A DNA stretch of 248,000 bases from Wallemia ichthyophaga EXF-994 (Eukaryota; Fungi; Basidiomycota). The notes under the pieces are model-generated. The model had not been told where the DNA came from. It worked only from the letters and a program-made list of their open reading frames with translations, and did no database searches. This document shows positions 162,960 to 177,940 of the stretch, one piece after another (position 1 is the first letter of the stretch; each line of letters starts with the position of its first letter). The translations under genes and the position numbers were made by a program. Location: the NCBI RefSeq assembly GCF_000400465.1, contig NW_008806281.1, positions 20,001 to 268,000 on the forward strand, written 5' to 3'.

Positions 162960-165900
162960 TAAAACTTGGTTTCTATGACAGCAAGAAACCTTTGCCTTCA
163001 CTCATTGCTATCGTAAGCTTTTGCTTCAATACATCCTTGTCGCTGTAATCGGGCAGCTTGAGATAATTGGCGCAAGTCATAACACTAGGAAGCGAGTCGT
163101 CCGCTTTGTACCCAGCTTCTGGCGACTTGCGAACGACAGTGAGCTGAGGATGCAGTCCTCGGAAGCCTGATTCAGAGTTAGCAATTACCTTTCACAAAAA
163201 ACATACCACTGACCTCCAATTGGCAACTTGGGAGAACCAGTGAGGAATTGCAAGAAGTCTCTACGAGCGACCTTGTCAAATTCAGATAAGGCCTCAATTA
163301 ATCTACGCAATGCTGGACTGTCATTGTTGAAACCATGGTCAGCCTTGATGACTTCGCTCAACGTCTCAGTCGTCCAATCTTCATCAGCATTGCCGAACAA
163401 GCTTGTGAGCTCCTCAGGTGTGAAGATCTTCATATCTTCAACGGACAATATCTTTGAGAAACCTTCCACAAATGCATCTACTTGCTTGGTCACACCACTG
163501 ACGAGAGTCGCGTCGATCACTTTATCAATGAAATCGCCAACGTTGTCGAGAGTAACATCGACATTTTCGCCTTTTTCGACCAACTGGTATTCAGGCTGAC
163601 CTGGTAAAGTGAAGTCGAGTGCGAGGTTATCAATCTTATCAGCTATTTGACCCTTGGACAGCTCTGTTGAACCAACAATCTTTTGCACTTCCTCGATACT
163701 CTTTCCGACCAAAGGATCTACAAGCTTGACACCTGCAACTGACTTTGGAATATTCAAACCCATAACCAAATTCATGAGGAGAGGGTTAAATGATATGTCG
163801 ATAATCCTAGAGTCGAGTAAACCCTTAGCGAGGAATTGACCCAAAATTCTGAACAACTTGATCCGCTCTTCACCTCTATCTGATTCAATTTCCTTTGCTG
163901 ACATTGGCATTGGGAAAAGACCAGTCTGTGAGTAGACATATGGTGATTCTGACGAATCTGAGCTTCCTCTCCACAACTTCAAGTCTTTACGTGCGAATTC
164001 TTTACTAACCAAAGAATAGAACTCTAACGTAGGTCCCAAGCCTGTTCCGACTTCTTCAAAGTATTCGATCTCTAATATGCTTGATGAGCCACCGTACAAC
164101 TCAAATACCTTGATGGCAGACTCCAACACGTATTCCCTGGAAATTCTAACCTTTTGTCTTTGCATCCTACCTAGATGAGATGTCGTAGGATCAATTCTAC
164201 GGCTGTCTGAAGATGTGCGTGATGCCTCGTTCTGCCACTTGGTAATCAACCTTGCTGTACCCCAGCTCTGTGCTTGTAAGAAAGCGTATCGGGTCTGGAA
164301 CGTAAAAAGGAAGGGGAATGCAGTTGGCAGGTCGATTGCCCAATCAGGAAGACAGGAACTGTGTTAAAAGTTAGGATTTATTTTCTCGTCAGATACCAAC
164401 GCACCTAGCTATCAACATAGGCTCTTCAAGTTGACGATTGAGCTTAGCGGTAAGCTTGTTGTTGACAAACGTCATCTCTCCAACACCAGTTTCTTGAGAA
164501 AGAGCCGCACCAGGTTGGTTGAGCACATTGACTTCTTGTACACCTGTGCACATAGCATGGAGAACTCTAAGAAGTTGAAGAATGAGAGCATGCTGAGAGT
164601 CTTGAGCGACAGATGCAGGAAGCTGTGACCACGTGTTTTGTACACTTTCAGACGTGATGGCGCTGATATTTGGCTTAACGTCATTCTTCTCTTTCTTAGG
164701 TACTGGTCCTTCCTTACGTCTAAATTTAAGAGTGTAGACGTTTGCGAAAACGTTTCTCGAACCAGCATCATCATTGTCATGTAGATTACTGTAGATGGTT
164801 GACCCCAGATCGACCTTTTCGCCATTCAACTCAAACTCGAGGTGGAAGTCGGTTGGCTTTGTCTTGAGTGCCGATGCGTAAGATCCTTTTGGTTTTGCTT
164901 CCTTGGTACCTTCTGAAGACTCAGGCTTCTTGGAGCTAGATTTGGATGACTTTCTCGCACTCGGTGAAGCTTCAGAAGCAACTGCTGGAGACGGTATACG
165001 CGTACCTTCAGGAGTCTTGGCTTCAATTTCCTTGCCATCATCCTTAACATCCAAATTGATGGTTTTCTCCTGGCCCAGTCTACCTTCACCCACCATGTCA
165101 GCTTCCATCTCATCGTCATACAACTCATCATCAAATTCATCAACGAATTCGCCTGCAAACGGATCATTTCTATCATTTTCATCCTCATCATCCTCGTGTT
165201 CATCATCATCCTCTTCCATAGCACGAAGCTCCTCCTCATCGATATCATCCTCGTCATCTTCGTAATTATCCTCATCATCCTCATCACCTTGGGCCGATTC
165301 CTTGCCCTTTCCTTTTGATTTGCTTTCCTGGTTTGATGCTGTCGGTGTACCAGACAAATCTTCCTTGGAGCTGCGACGGCTACTGCTCTTACTACTTCCC
165401 TCCTTTTTGTCCTTATTTTCCTTCTTGCTGGAGTTCGGTGAAGATGCATCTGCTTCTGGAGGAGGAATGCCGGTTGCGGCGGCAAACGCGGCAAGCACAC
165501 CAGAGAGTCTTGATGAACCACTACCACCTTTACCTGAAAGTCCATTAATGATTCTAGGACGTAAATAGTCGTTTAGAATTTGGAAGGTTGCAATAGCGTG
165601 AACAGAGACGACCATGGTAGGTTGCACCTTGCTTAACTCTGGATCATCAGCCACCAAACGCAGTCTGACTTGACGACTAAGTGCTGAGATCGGGCTACGG
165701 CGACTATCATCACCAAGATTTGATCCAACTGTGCTGACAGAAAATGGTTCCAATCTGCTGAGCGATTCTTGAAGACGTTTAACCAGAGATAACAGAGCAG
165801 ATGGCGAGCCAGGAATTTGTGATCGTCTACTTGAAAATATTTCAATTACTAATTTATGTCTGAGTGCTGTAGGAAGAGAATCGGTATTACCAGTAATGAA

Positions 165901-168670
165901 CGCGAGCAGACCCTCAATCAATCCACTGCGGAGTAACTCAAAGCTAGACATGCTATCTTCACGAGTAAACCAATTGCCAAGCTTCTGCAGTGTTTCCTCT
166001 ATCTGTTCAGCAGGTGTAGTTGAGGATTTGAGACCTTGAACCATCTCACGAATTTCTGCAAGCGCAACTTTGGCATCATCGTAAGTTTCAGCACCATTTT
166101 GTTCCTCCAACTTTGCGAAGATTTCCTTCAGTGCCCTAGCTCTGGCAATAGCTGCATCAGATGGATTTACATTCGAAGCTCTATCGAGGCTCGCAGGTGA
166201 TGCGGTACCCGCAGCTGCTGAAGCAGCAGCGCTACCGGCAGCCAAGTAAGATGCGAGTCTGTTGGCTGGATTACCAGTTCCAAGACTAAGGAAACCTGGT
166301 GATGACTCAGCTTGCGGTATGTCAACTCTAAGGGCTCTTGCGAGGTTGGAAACAGGATCACCACCAAGTGGACCCTCGTCTCTTTCAGCCGTTGAGTTAG
166401 GCTCGGTCTGTTTCTCCTTATCGTCCTTTTCTGAGTTGAGCTTGTCATCGGCAATAACCTCAATCTCGTACATAACACCTTGGCGTCTGAGTGCTGAGTG
166501 ATAGACTTCAGGTAACTTGTTGACGAGAAGCTCAACGAGCTGAAGAGCACCAGTAACCAAGTTAGGGTTATCGCGTGAAGAAAGTATACCTCCAATAAAG
166601 CTAGCCATTGGAATAAATCTGAGTAGGTTCTGTAGTTCAGGTTCCTCTGCAAAGCTGACTATTTTGAGAAGACCAGCTAGTGCTTTACTGCGGACAGGTA
166701 AAGAGACAGATGCAGCGAAAACTTCCACAAATACGGGAAGCATAAGAGACATAAAGCGATCGATTGAAGCTGGGTTAGAGCGGAGACATTCAATGCGGTT
166801 ACGCATTGCTTCTTGACGTGTGGCCTCTCTCTGTCTGGTACGGTTGACAAGGCTTGGCGGTGCATGACTTTCAACCTCTTCATTTGCTCGTGAGCTCTCA
166901 TCTTGGCCTTCACCTGTTTTGTTTACGTATGACTTGTTATCAAATACACCAACTAATGGTTCGTTAGCTAAGTTAAATAAAAGGGAGCTACTCACCAGGT
167001 ACGATGGGTGGAAGTAGCTCTAACGAAAGACTGAGAGCCTCATCGACTTGATCTTTTGGCCTGTGAGCCAAGTTTTCGAGAACGACCATATCAGCTAAAC
167101 CGCCTTCACCAGGGGCAGAACCATCTTTCATTGCTTGCGTAGTTGGATCAGTTTTCTCTGGAACGAGTACACCAGTGAGAATGTTATAAAGAGTGTCAAC
167201 AATGCTGCCATCTAACAAGGCGATGGCAGCCTTAGCACTAGCTTTGCTTGCTGATGACATGGAGCGTAGGAGTGCAGTGAAGGTGTTAATAGTGATCAGA
167301 GGCGTACCTCCTGATCCAGAGGGTAAGAGAAGGCTGACGACTGCAGTAATAAGTGTGCCATCCTCGAGTAGCTTTTCGATAAGATCAGCTTTGTTCTTGT
167401 AACTGTCAATGATACGAACGACACAAAGACAAGCTTGCTCTACTAATCTTTGATCGGAATAACCAAGAACGTCGCGTATTTTCGGAATTGCGTCGTGAAC
167501 CATATCGAAGCTGTCTGGAGGAAGAGCGCGACAGCAGTTGGCGGCAGCGGTGAGCGCAGTACGTTGGACATGGGAATTGAAAAAGTCGAGGTATTGGAGA
167601 ATCGCGGTGAGACCGCCTTCTGAGACAATTTTGTTTGGAACCTCCTGAGCGAGTTTGCCAAGAGTAGAAACAGCTTCTTCAGCGAGGTCAACGTACTGAA
167701 CATCACGTAACTTTGAGCAAAGGATAGGGATAGCGCCGTTTTGAGCAACTCTAATTGATGAGCCGGGGAGGGCTTCCATGAGATTGGCCAAACAACGGCA
167801 AGCGAGGAGCTGAGCCTCACCAACGTTGTCACCGAAGCCACCACCACCAGAAGCAGCGAGAGCGGCCATTATCTCGGCTTCCTCCTGAGCTTCAGCTGAA
167901 AGAGGTTCTTTCTTATTTGATTGATCGGTTGTAGTCGGAGGATCGCCATTCATGATTGCAATTAGTTCTTTAGAGAAAGCTTCAACCTGGAAAGAGCCAG
168001 CGAGAGTTTCTTCAGTAGAAACAGCTAAAACTTCAGCTAACTCTTGAAGAGCAATCATGAGCTGTGTACCATCACCAGAGCCTAAGGGATGAGGACGTTC
168101 GCGGAGGTGTTGGAGGATATTCTTGTAGCGTGAGGATTGACCGAAGATCAAGCCACTGAGCATTCTATAGTCAGCAAGGAGAGCGTGATCGTCTTGAGGG
168201 ATTTCATCTAGGTGGTTGTCGTCGTCGTCGTCATGGTCTAAATCCTGGTCTAAATCAAGGTCATGGTCGTTGTGTTGCTGGTTGTGATGTTGTGGAGAAT
168301 TATCAAGGTTGGGTACGTCATTGCGAGCTTCTGCAGCAGCATCAGCTTCAGCCATGAGAAGGTCATCGTCGTGGTAGGTTGAGGAGTTTCTTTGTGGATT
168401 ACGTCTGTGGTTGGAAGTGTTTGGTTGACGAGATTTCTTAGATTTTTCATTTGGAACGTTTAATTGCTTCTTATCCATTTCTTTATTAGTAGATCTGAGG
168501 TTATACTTTGATTTCTTGTTACTTGTGGTTTCAACTGGTTGCTGGCTCTTTCTCTTTGAAGAACCTGGCTGTGGATTACTGTTGCTGTTGCTGTTGTTTG
168601 TATTGCTCGATTGACTTGTAGATTGCTGTGGATAACTTGGCTTATTTGATTTATTCCTCTTTGGTGGCAT
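162960..168670 (-). CDS. UFD4: HECT E3 ligase (TRIP12-like)
   Basis: ARM repeats; EVGTGLGPTLEFY; LPSVMTC. Confidence 0.94.
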
Positions 168671-169164
168671 CTGATTTTTAATTCAAGATATCCATCAAAC
168701 GATCTCAATTTCTTATTTAGCTTGTGATGGTCGTTCGAGAGAAAGATCTAATCACGCTGTATCATATAAAGACTTTTAAATGAAAATATTCTTCTTATTT
168801 ACAATACATTTTTGGCCTTTAGATCTCTGGCTTCAAGCACTGTACAGCTCAAACCCACGTTTGTCTAAATTAACCAATCTCTATAGCCCTCCTCCGTTAG
168901 CAGCAATAGCGTGTACGCTAAAGCTCCTGCAGATGCTTTTCATCTACAAAAGGGCATTATCGTCTAATCGATTCCCCCAGTGACACACCCGCTATAGTTA
169001 ACTACTCACACGCACAATTTAAAATATATGCCTGAGATAAATAAACTTATAGCTGTATTTTACTCTTTTTAAAACCTTCATTATGCTCATCGTCGTTACT
169101 ACGAAACGAGCGACAATTTCCCTTTCTCCTGGTTGAATAAAAAATCTCGTAGGTTTCGACGTCG

Positions 169165-171907
169165 ATGGATCTTGCAAATAAGAACAGCGACGAGGAAGCA
169201 CCATTGCTATCTTCCTCATCTACCTCTGAGATGTCTATCCACGATAAGATGGCCACATCCCATGTTTATCCGCTTATCTGGACAATACGCAGAGATATCA
169301 TTAGAATTATTGAAACCCCTTTTTCCTGGGAGCAGCTACAATCTCCCCATATTACTTACAATGTCGTTCAAATCCTCGCTCTCAAGTATGGTTCCTTGTA
169401 CCACCAAAATTTGGCTATTGGTGTGTGTCCATTGGTTTCCTAGCTACTTGCTCATACCCCTATAAGTCTACTGTCTTCTCGTCAATAGAGTTCACTTTAT
169501 TAGCGAGTCAAGTTCCCCGGTGTGCACATCATATTGCGTCATTTTCTCTTTCTCTAACATAGCTGCAGACCCACATGGGCGTAAATGCAACCAGAGCTAA
169601 CCTCTGTGAACTACTTGCTCTCAAAGTCCTTCGAGTCTATGCTGATAAAGCTTCTTCCAAGATTGACTTAGCCTATGTCTTAGCTGGGCCATTCAGACTC
169701 TTTCAAGGTGCTTCAGAAGACGTCGTACAGAAAGTCATCGAAGAAGAAGGTGAAGGTCCTCTCTACAAAGCCAGCAATGCACTTGAGATCGCAATAGTGG
169801 GAAATGCAAAGCGCTTTATAAAAAGTGCACATTGTCAGAAAGTTATCAATTCCATTTGGAATGGCTCTGTAGTGTATACACCTGTTAACAAACACGCCTT
169901 TATCAGTGATTACTACAAGGTAAAGCCAATCACTTTCTTCAACCCCCGTCAATCACCTCTGCTAGATCACTATCGTCTAAAAGTTCCTCGTATACGCTCT
170001 GTCATTGAATACGTCAACTTCTGTATTTTATTCGCACTATTCGTTTTTGCAATTGAGTCTAATGAGCAACATTCTTTCAATATCATCGAAATCGGCTTCA
170101 TTTTTTATGCTCTGGGTTTCACATTGGAAAAGCTGGCAAGTACACAGGAGCATGGTTGGAAAGTATACTCAGCAAATCTTTGGAATGGGTTCGATTTGCT
170201 TTTCATTATCGATTTTCTCCATTACCTCGCTTTTAGAGTGTACGGTATCTGGTATGATCATCCAAAATATTCACTTCTCGGACTCGAAGTATTATCATGC
170301 GCAGCTGCTCTGCTGTTCCCTAGGTTGGCATTTGTTACGCTATCAAACAATCTTATGATTCTGTCAATCCGAGCTCTTTTCCTCGATTTCCTCTTCCTGA
170401 TGGCACTAGCCTTCTTCTGTTTCACCGGGTTTCTCTATGCTCTCTGGACCCTCGGTAGGGGTGCGTATACTTGGGAGGAACTAGCAAAATATATGCTTTT
170501 CATCGTGAGTTGAGTTTCTTTTTTAAAGACATTTCTCAACAACAGCAGTGGTTTGGATTGGATGGGACTGGATTCACCATAGCCCCAAACCTTCATCCAG
170601 TATTTGGGCCTGTGCTAATTGTGTTATATGCGTGTATCAGCAATACGCTTTTGCTCACAGTGCTCGTCTCGATTCTGTCTACGACATTTGCGAAAATAGA
170701 TGCCGACGCCGAAGCTGAGTATATGTTCAGACAGGCGGTGCAGACTATAGAAGGAGTCAAAAGTGATGCTTTGTTCGGGTACCAGCCACCATTGAACATA
170801 TTTGCATGGCTAGTGATGGCGCCTGCGCGATGGATACTGTCCCCACGGTGGTTCCACAAGTTCAACGTTTTCATGGTCAGAGCTACTGCGGCACCCATCC
170901 TGCTTATCATCTCGCTTTATGAGAGATATGAGCCAGAGACGCTGCGTTCCGTGTTGCCCTTCTACAAGAGGATCCAAGCGATGGCGGACAAGATTGGCGA
171001 GAGCCTGCCTCGGAAACTGAAAAACCTAACTCTGCTTGAAGGGTTGGTAGGGTCTGGCAAAGATGTAGCAGCTGCATTCGAGTACCATCCCGATCAAGGC
171101 TGGGATGAAGATGAGGAGGAGGATCTCGACTTCGTTGGCAAGACGCAGTTCAATCATGACGAGGTACAGCGCGCGACTACTGTGGCACGCGAGCAGCACT
171201 ATGGCACCGAGGAGAATGAACTGCATAGACGTATGTGCGAGGAAATTGAACAGCGCAGATTGAGTCAGATACCTTCGCGTAATGTACTCTCCCCTCAACG
171301 CATACAGCAGCAGAGGTTGCGCGATGAGCTGGAAGTGCTACAGCCTGGTTTTAGCAAAAGTGTGGGCAAAGAGCCAGAGTTACCCTTTCCTCAGACGCGG
171401 ATGGAGAGCGATGACAATGAAGATGCCGTCAGTCCACTGCTTAGTCAGACCGATCCTCCACCAGGAGTAAGCAACAGGAGGAAAACAGAAGGATCAACAG
171501 TTCTACGCCCCACCACTCAAGACACGGATAATGCCAGACTGCAGCGCATCCAAAAGGGACGCCCTCGCAGAATGTCGAATGTGGAACATACCCTCAGTCG
171601 CAATATAGGCAGTCTGAACAGCCCGCTGGCCAAAGCCTTTTCAACACGGCCGATGCTTAGCGCGTATAGGAAACCACGATCACATGAGTCGAATATTGGA
171701 TCGATACTGGCTAATCCAATTCAACAAGAGGGCGCTTTACAGCCGTCACGCAAAACCAAGAGTGACAATACATCGCCTCATCCCTCTCAGAATGTTCTTC
171801 AGGATAGCACCCAGTCGGAACAGATGCATGAAAAACTATCGACTATTGATGCTCGCCAGGCGCGAATGGAAAGCATACTCGAGCGCCTAGCCAAAAGTAT
171901 CGAATGA
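169165..171907 (+). CDS. TRP-like cation channel
   Basis: LLDHYRLKVPR; LLTVLVSILS; TIEGVKSDALF. Confidence 0.8.
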
Positions 171908-172009
171908 GCACCAGGAAATGCCAACGAGTAGAGCCTTCATGTAAACATGTGATGGTATTCATAAAGAAATTTCGTTACTTTGTCGTACGTTATACATTCC
172001 TAGTAACTT

Positions 172010-173420
172010 AATTCAGCTCATTGCTCGTTGATGATGATACTAGCTTTGCCCATTCCCGTGCCCTGAAATGCGATTAAATTGTTTCAGGTGAGAAGACATC
172101 CAACCTACAATGCACATAGAGGTACATAAAACCTTAGCACCAATTCTCTTAGCTTCTGATAAGATGGTTGCAATCTGACGAGCACCAGTGCATCCAAGAG
172201 GATGACCGAGGGCACTGCAAGTACGTTAGTATAACTAATTCGCGACATAGGCTAACGTACATGGCACCGCCGTTTGGATTGACTTTGACAGGATCTAATC
172301 CAAGTTTCTGAACGCAGTAGAGTGCTTGCGATGCAAATGCCTCGTTGATCTAGACATATCGTTAGAGTATTAAATTCACAACACCCACTCACCTCGTAGA
172401 TATCGACATCAGAGCTAGACAAACCAGCCTTTTGAAGAACCTTTGGAATAGCAACAGCTGGACCAATACCCATAATACGTGGTGGACAACCAACGTCAGC
172501 CGAAGCGACGAATTTGCCAAGAATAGGTAATTTAAGCTTCTCTGCGTTACTGCGCCTTGTGAGAACGACGGCAGCTGCACCATCTGAGACTTGAGATGCG
172601 TTGCCTGCGTGCGTACAACCATTCTGATCGAATGCTGGCTTCAGCTTGGCAAGAGTTTCCTTGGTGACGCCATCTCTGATACCATCGTCCTTGTCGATAA
172701 GTTTATGGGTACCATCTTCACTGTTGACCATGATAGGGGCGATTTCGTTAGTGAACTTGCCTGCCTTTTGAGCGGCTGCAGCTTTCTGCTGAGACTGTGC
172801 AGCGAATTCATCTTGAGCTGCGCGAGAAATACCGAAATCTTTAGCGACATTCTCAGAAGTGATACCCATTCTAAAATATTGTTAGGAGGGTTTAGAGTGT
172901 TGAAGAAAGACCCACGGAATTAGGCAATCGGCTGACTCTTGATTAGAGAGAACATCTTGGTCGAGGTTAGGTGGCATAGCGCCAGCGCCGTAGTGAGCAG
173001 TCATAGACTCAACGCCTGCACCAATACCAACGTCGATCTGGCCAGAAGCGATTTCGAGTGCGATCTGAGACACTGCTTGTAAACCAGACGAGCACTGGCG
173101 ATTAACGGTATTAATAGCTGCCGAGTGGGGAATACCAGCGTAGAGTTGGGCCATACGTGCAAGGCTGGCACCTCCACCTGGTGGCAAAACATTTCCAACG
173201 GCGATATCCTAATAAGCGAGTTAACCGGGTGAGTGATATCAGCAGTGCATACACACTTCGATAAGCTTTGGATCTAATTTGCCACGCTGGATGGATTCTT
173301 TAAAAGCGTGGGCCAGCAGTTTCTCTGGGAGAGTACCGGCTAAACCACCCTTTCTAGCCTGTGTGACGGGTGAGATATAAGTTTGGGATATGAGGAGATG
173401 GACGCACCCGAGTAATTGGT
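172010..173420 (-). CDS. POT1: Peroxisomal 3-ketoacyl-CoA thiolase
   Basis: NRQCSSGL; NEAFAS; HPLGCTG. Confidence 0.92.
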
Positions 173421-173542
173421 GTCCTTACAGCAGATACAATTACTACGTCATTTGCGTTCTTTGAGATTATATTTTGCTTTGCCATCGTCGTTGTGGTTAA
173501 AGAGATGTTGGTCACGTACACCCAAGTCTGATCAATTGACTA

Positions 173543-175694
173543 ATGAGATTTCATTCACGGCTTATGAATTTGAAGCCATCTCTTATCAATAAACCCGCTG
173601 ACGGTGTTAGGCCTGCAATTTGGAAGTCACTCGCACCGTACATCTCCAACCACCATCTTAAATTACCTGCGTTGCCAGTCCCATCTCTGGAAAACACTGC
173701 AGATCAAGTCTTAAATTCTATCAAGCCATTGACTAATGACGTCAACCAATTTACGCATCTTGAGGGGAAATTGCACAGATTTCTAGCCAACGAAGGCCCA
173801 GCACTCCAGCAGAGACTTATTTCACGCAGTCAAGATCCAGAGCACGTCAATTGGCTTGAGATGTATTGGGACGACGCAGCATACATGTCCTATCGCGATT
173901 CTGTCGTCGTCAACGTTTCTTACTTTTATGGTTTCGCACCACCAAAGCAAAAGCTGGATTTACCTCAGTATGCTGCTAGAGTTGCTCACCACGCTCTTCA
174001 ATTTAGAAAGTTGCTCTATGACGGCCAAATCGAACCTGATGCGATCGGTAGAGACAATTCACCAATTTGCATGAACTCGTACAGGTTCCTCTTTGACGCC
174101 TGCCGCATACCAGCCAAGCCAGCTGATTACGTCAGTGTGCAAAGACAAGGTATCGGCCATGTCGCAGTCGTTTACCGTGGTAATTGGTGGAGCATCCCGT
174201 CAACCACGGGCGACGGTACACCTCTCTCGATTTCAGAGCTTGAGCAAAATATAGAATACATCCTTGATCAGCAAGCCGAAGAGGGGTACGTTGGTCTTCT
174301 TACGACACGCAACAGAGATAAGTGGGCAGATGTGAGTGATCTTGGTCAGGAATACTTTTGCTCACGCTATCTAGGATCGATCTGCTCTGTTGCAAATTGA
174401 CAAAAAGAATGAAGAGTCTTTAGCTGCAATCGAATCAGCTGCCGTTGTTATCACATTAGACGGTAACCAAGCAATCAACTCGCCAGTCGATAAGTCTAGA
174501 CACCTCTGGCATGCAGGTGAAACAGGGAGATTCTCTAACAACCGCTTTGTCGACAAGCCCCTCCAATTCATCTGCTGGCAGGACGAGTCTTCTGAGACAG
174601 CTAGTGGTGGTTTTATGGGTGAGCATTCCTGTGCTGACGGGACGCAACCTCAAAGAGTCTGTGATTACGTTATGGAGAGCATTCAAAAGGCTTCACTGCC
174701 CTCAAATGAGCTGCTCGATCAAGATACTGTTAATGCAGAGAGAAGAGATACCCAAACACCAATCCCCCTCCCGTTCAACCTCGACGGTCTTCAAGGGTCA
174801 ATAAATGATGCCTGGAATGAGATCAAGGAGCTGGCAAATAGCCAAGTTCTTGGATATATCTTAACTAATTATGGCAAAGGAGCGATCAAGAAAGCAGGTT
174901 TTTCACCAGATGCGTGGACGCAGATGGTCATACAGCTCGCTTACTCTCGTTTGGCAGCTAGAGAAGGTGAAGAAGCATTCCCAGCTCCTACATATGAAGC
175001 AGCAATGACACGTTCATTCGCTAATGGCCGTACTGAATGTATTCGCTCAGCCACCACTGACAGCGCGACATTTACTAATGCTATGAACGATCCTTCTAAA
175101 ACCGCTGATGAACGTATAAACGCCTTGGAAGTCGCTGTAAAAACACACTTGAAAAATGCGAAGCAGGCCGGTTTAGCTCAAGGTTGCGATAGACATCTGT
175201 TTGGTAGGCAATTCAATCAGCTTTTAGCACGTACTTTGCTAATAGGTTCTTAAAAGGTCTGAAGAAATCACTGCTTCCTACTGAACCTGTGCCTGAGATT
175301 TTCAATGACGGGCTCCTCTCAAAATCAGGCACTTGGACACTGTGAGTGTAGAGAGCTGTGATTTAACTACACTTAACGACACTTCAGCTCAACCTCACAG
175401 ATATCATCAAAATACTTTGACACATATGGATGGGGCGAAGTGGTGCCAAGCGGGTGAGAGGTTTAGCAGTACCATTTGAAATATTCTAACCTTAATTCTA
175501 GTTTTGGAGTCGCCTACGCTATCTTCGAGGATTATCTTCAATTCACAGTAACAAGTCATAGCGCTTATGGCACAGCTTCAGAGAAGAATGACATGGGCAA
175601 AGAACGTAACGAAGCATTTTTGAAGGATTTGACCACAGCTGCGAACGACATGTTGTCGCTTTTTGGGTCTTCTGAACGTCAATCTAAACTTTAA
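173543..175694 (+). CDS. CAT2: Carnitine O-acetyltransferase
   Basis: LPVPSL; GEHSCADG; YEAAMTR; CDRHL; C-terminal SKL. Confidence 0.92.
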
Positions 175695-176216
175695 GTCTAG
175701 TTGAGGGACCGCTGTGTCAGATATTTGCATAACGTTTACGATTTAATTAAACTCCATATAAATAATGAATACCTTTGATAAAACCAGCTGGGATTTGGTT
175801 ATCGAAAACCTGAAAATGGTCTCACTTCTGCTGATATGTGGTTAAGATAAATCTAACTTGGTAGCAAAATAAATTCAACGCAACATTCCAATTGCTTTCA
175901 TCGTACAGTACTCTACAAGATAACCTCGTTGAAGTGGAGGTTGCAAAAAGTTCTATGGATTGGCGCACATTGATAACAACAGGATTTCGTTTCATGTTAT
176001 ATTAAGCATGCTGAAAAAATTTTGATAAAAAACCAATACATGAACGCATTTAGTACCAACTGATATCAATATTGCGCGATAATCTTATAAATGAACTGCG
176101 ACTAGCATCACCGATTGCAAATCAGTCTCAAATTTGCGTTGAAATGCACATATTAAAGAATGTGTACTCGAATTTTAGGTCCTTTTATAACGTAATAAAG
176201 TAAAACCCTTATCCCC

Positions 176217-177003
176217 TTGACATCAAGACACAAATTGTCAGATAGTAAACCAAGACTTAGACCAGCCACAAGATACGATGAAGATCATGTCGCGTCGATC
176301 CACCCTACCTCCACATCCATATTCAAAAGGAAAAGAGCTAAAAAACCAGCTGATGGTGTTAGGCCTGCTTTGTGGAAGTCACTCACGCCGTACATCTCAA
176401 ACCATGATTTGAAGCTGCCTGCGTTACCAGTGCCATCTTTGGAGAATATAGTCGTGCAGTTGTTGACATTTGTCAAACCATTGACGAATGACGTCACCCA
176501 AGTCAGAGATCTCGAAGGCAAACTGAAGAAATTTCTAACAAAAGAGGACCTCAAGCTCCAGAAGAGGATAATTTCACACAGTCAAAATCCAGAGCACGTC
176601 AATTGGCTCGAGCAGTATTGGGACGACGCAACCTACATGTCTTATCGTGATTCTGCCGTTGTGAATGTATCTTATTATGCTGGATAGAAATCAATGAATC
176701 ACAATTGTAACTTAATTTAATATGCAGCTCGAATGGCTCACTTTGTTCTTCAATTCCGAAAGATGCTCTACGACGGCAATATCGGACCTGATACACGGCT
176801 GCAACAAAACGCCAATGTGCATGAACGCATACAGATTCATCTTTGATGCCTGCCGCATACCAGCCAAGCCAGCTGATTACGTCAGTGTGCAAAGACAAGA
176901 TATCGGTCACGTCGCAGTCGTTTACCGTGGTAATTGGTGGAGCATCCCGTCAACCACGGGCGACGGTACACCTCTCTCGATTTCAGAGCTTGAGCAAAAT
177001 ATA
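176217..177003 (+). pseudogene. Truncated duplicate of the carnitine acetyltransferase 5' half
   Basis: Matches 173596-174253; internal deletion/frameshift; ends at retroelement tail. Confidence 0.88.
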
Positions 177004-177857
177004 ATGATGATGAAATCTGATTATATTGTTAAGACGATACATGTTATAAACCGCGTCCATCAATACTTCTTAAAGCATGAGGAGTCAAAGGGGATGCGGA
177101 ATTTACTGGAAGCGTTTCTTTACTAGCGTCGTAATTTGTAAATTGTTGGTGGTTCTCAATTACATTGAACCATCGGAGTATCTTTGGTACGTAGTCAATT
177201 GCGGTTTGAAGAACTCGTAAAGGGCTTGTAAAGAGTGTGTGTTTCTGAGTATTGGACCTAATTCGAACCGAATATTGATCTTGGTAATCTTCCTTCTTAA
177301 TGTGATTCTGGCCATTATGTGTCTTTTGAGTATGAAGATTCTATGCGAGATGGTGTCCTCTGTGCCATACGCACTGTATTTAGGTGAATCAATCAGTCGG
177401 AACCGGTAACGGTAAGACTTAGTCGTAGGGTAATGCCCTGACCGTAGCTGGGTGGCTAGGCATCTCGTTGAGTACCTTGGCCGTTTTTGCTGCTGTAAAT
177501 CTTCCAGTTGATGTTTTTGCGGCGTTGGACTTAAAAGATAGAAATCATAATACATAGTCAAAAGCGTTACAACTATAAATAATCTTCGCTTACCTATACT
177601 TCTTGTACATAGAAAGCTGACGATAATAGTAACTCAAAGGGATGCGGTTCTTGATACGTGTGCCGTAAATTGGGAGGTAACTACGTGGAGCTACCGGAAG
177701 CGCGCGTGTGGGTCCTGAGCTGGTTTTTGAAGAGCTCGTAGAGAGCGCGTTGGACTTAATGTCTAATATTTTGGAGGCTTCTACTTTTAGGGATGCTGTA
177801 TAGTGCTCACATATTCTGCGTCGCATTGCTGAGTGTAAGGGTACTCCACATAGTCCG
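177004..177857 (-). mobile_element. 5'-truncated non-LTR retrotransposon, family A copy 3 (contains nested family B)
   Basis: Homologous to 53870-54527; (CAT)3 tail. Confidence 0.92.
177535..177746 (-). mobile_element. Short retroelement, family B, nested copy (212 bp)
   Basis: 13-bp TSD GCGTTGGACTTAA at 177522-534 and 177747-759. Confidence 0.9.
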
Positions 177858-177940
177858 AAAAAATTTCCCGAAAAGGATTTGAAGTAGTCAATGTCTAATA
177901 TTTACGATGTTGTTGCTACTTGAACGGTTCACACCATCAA

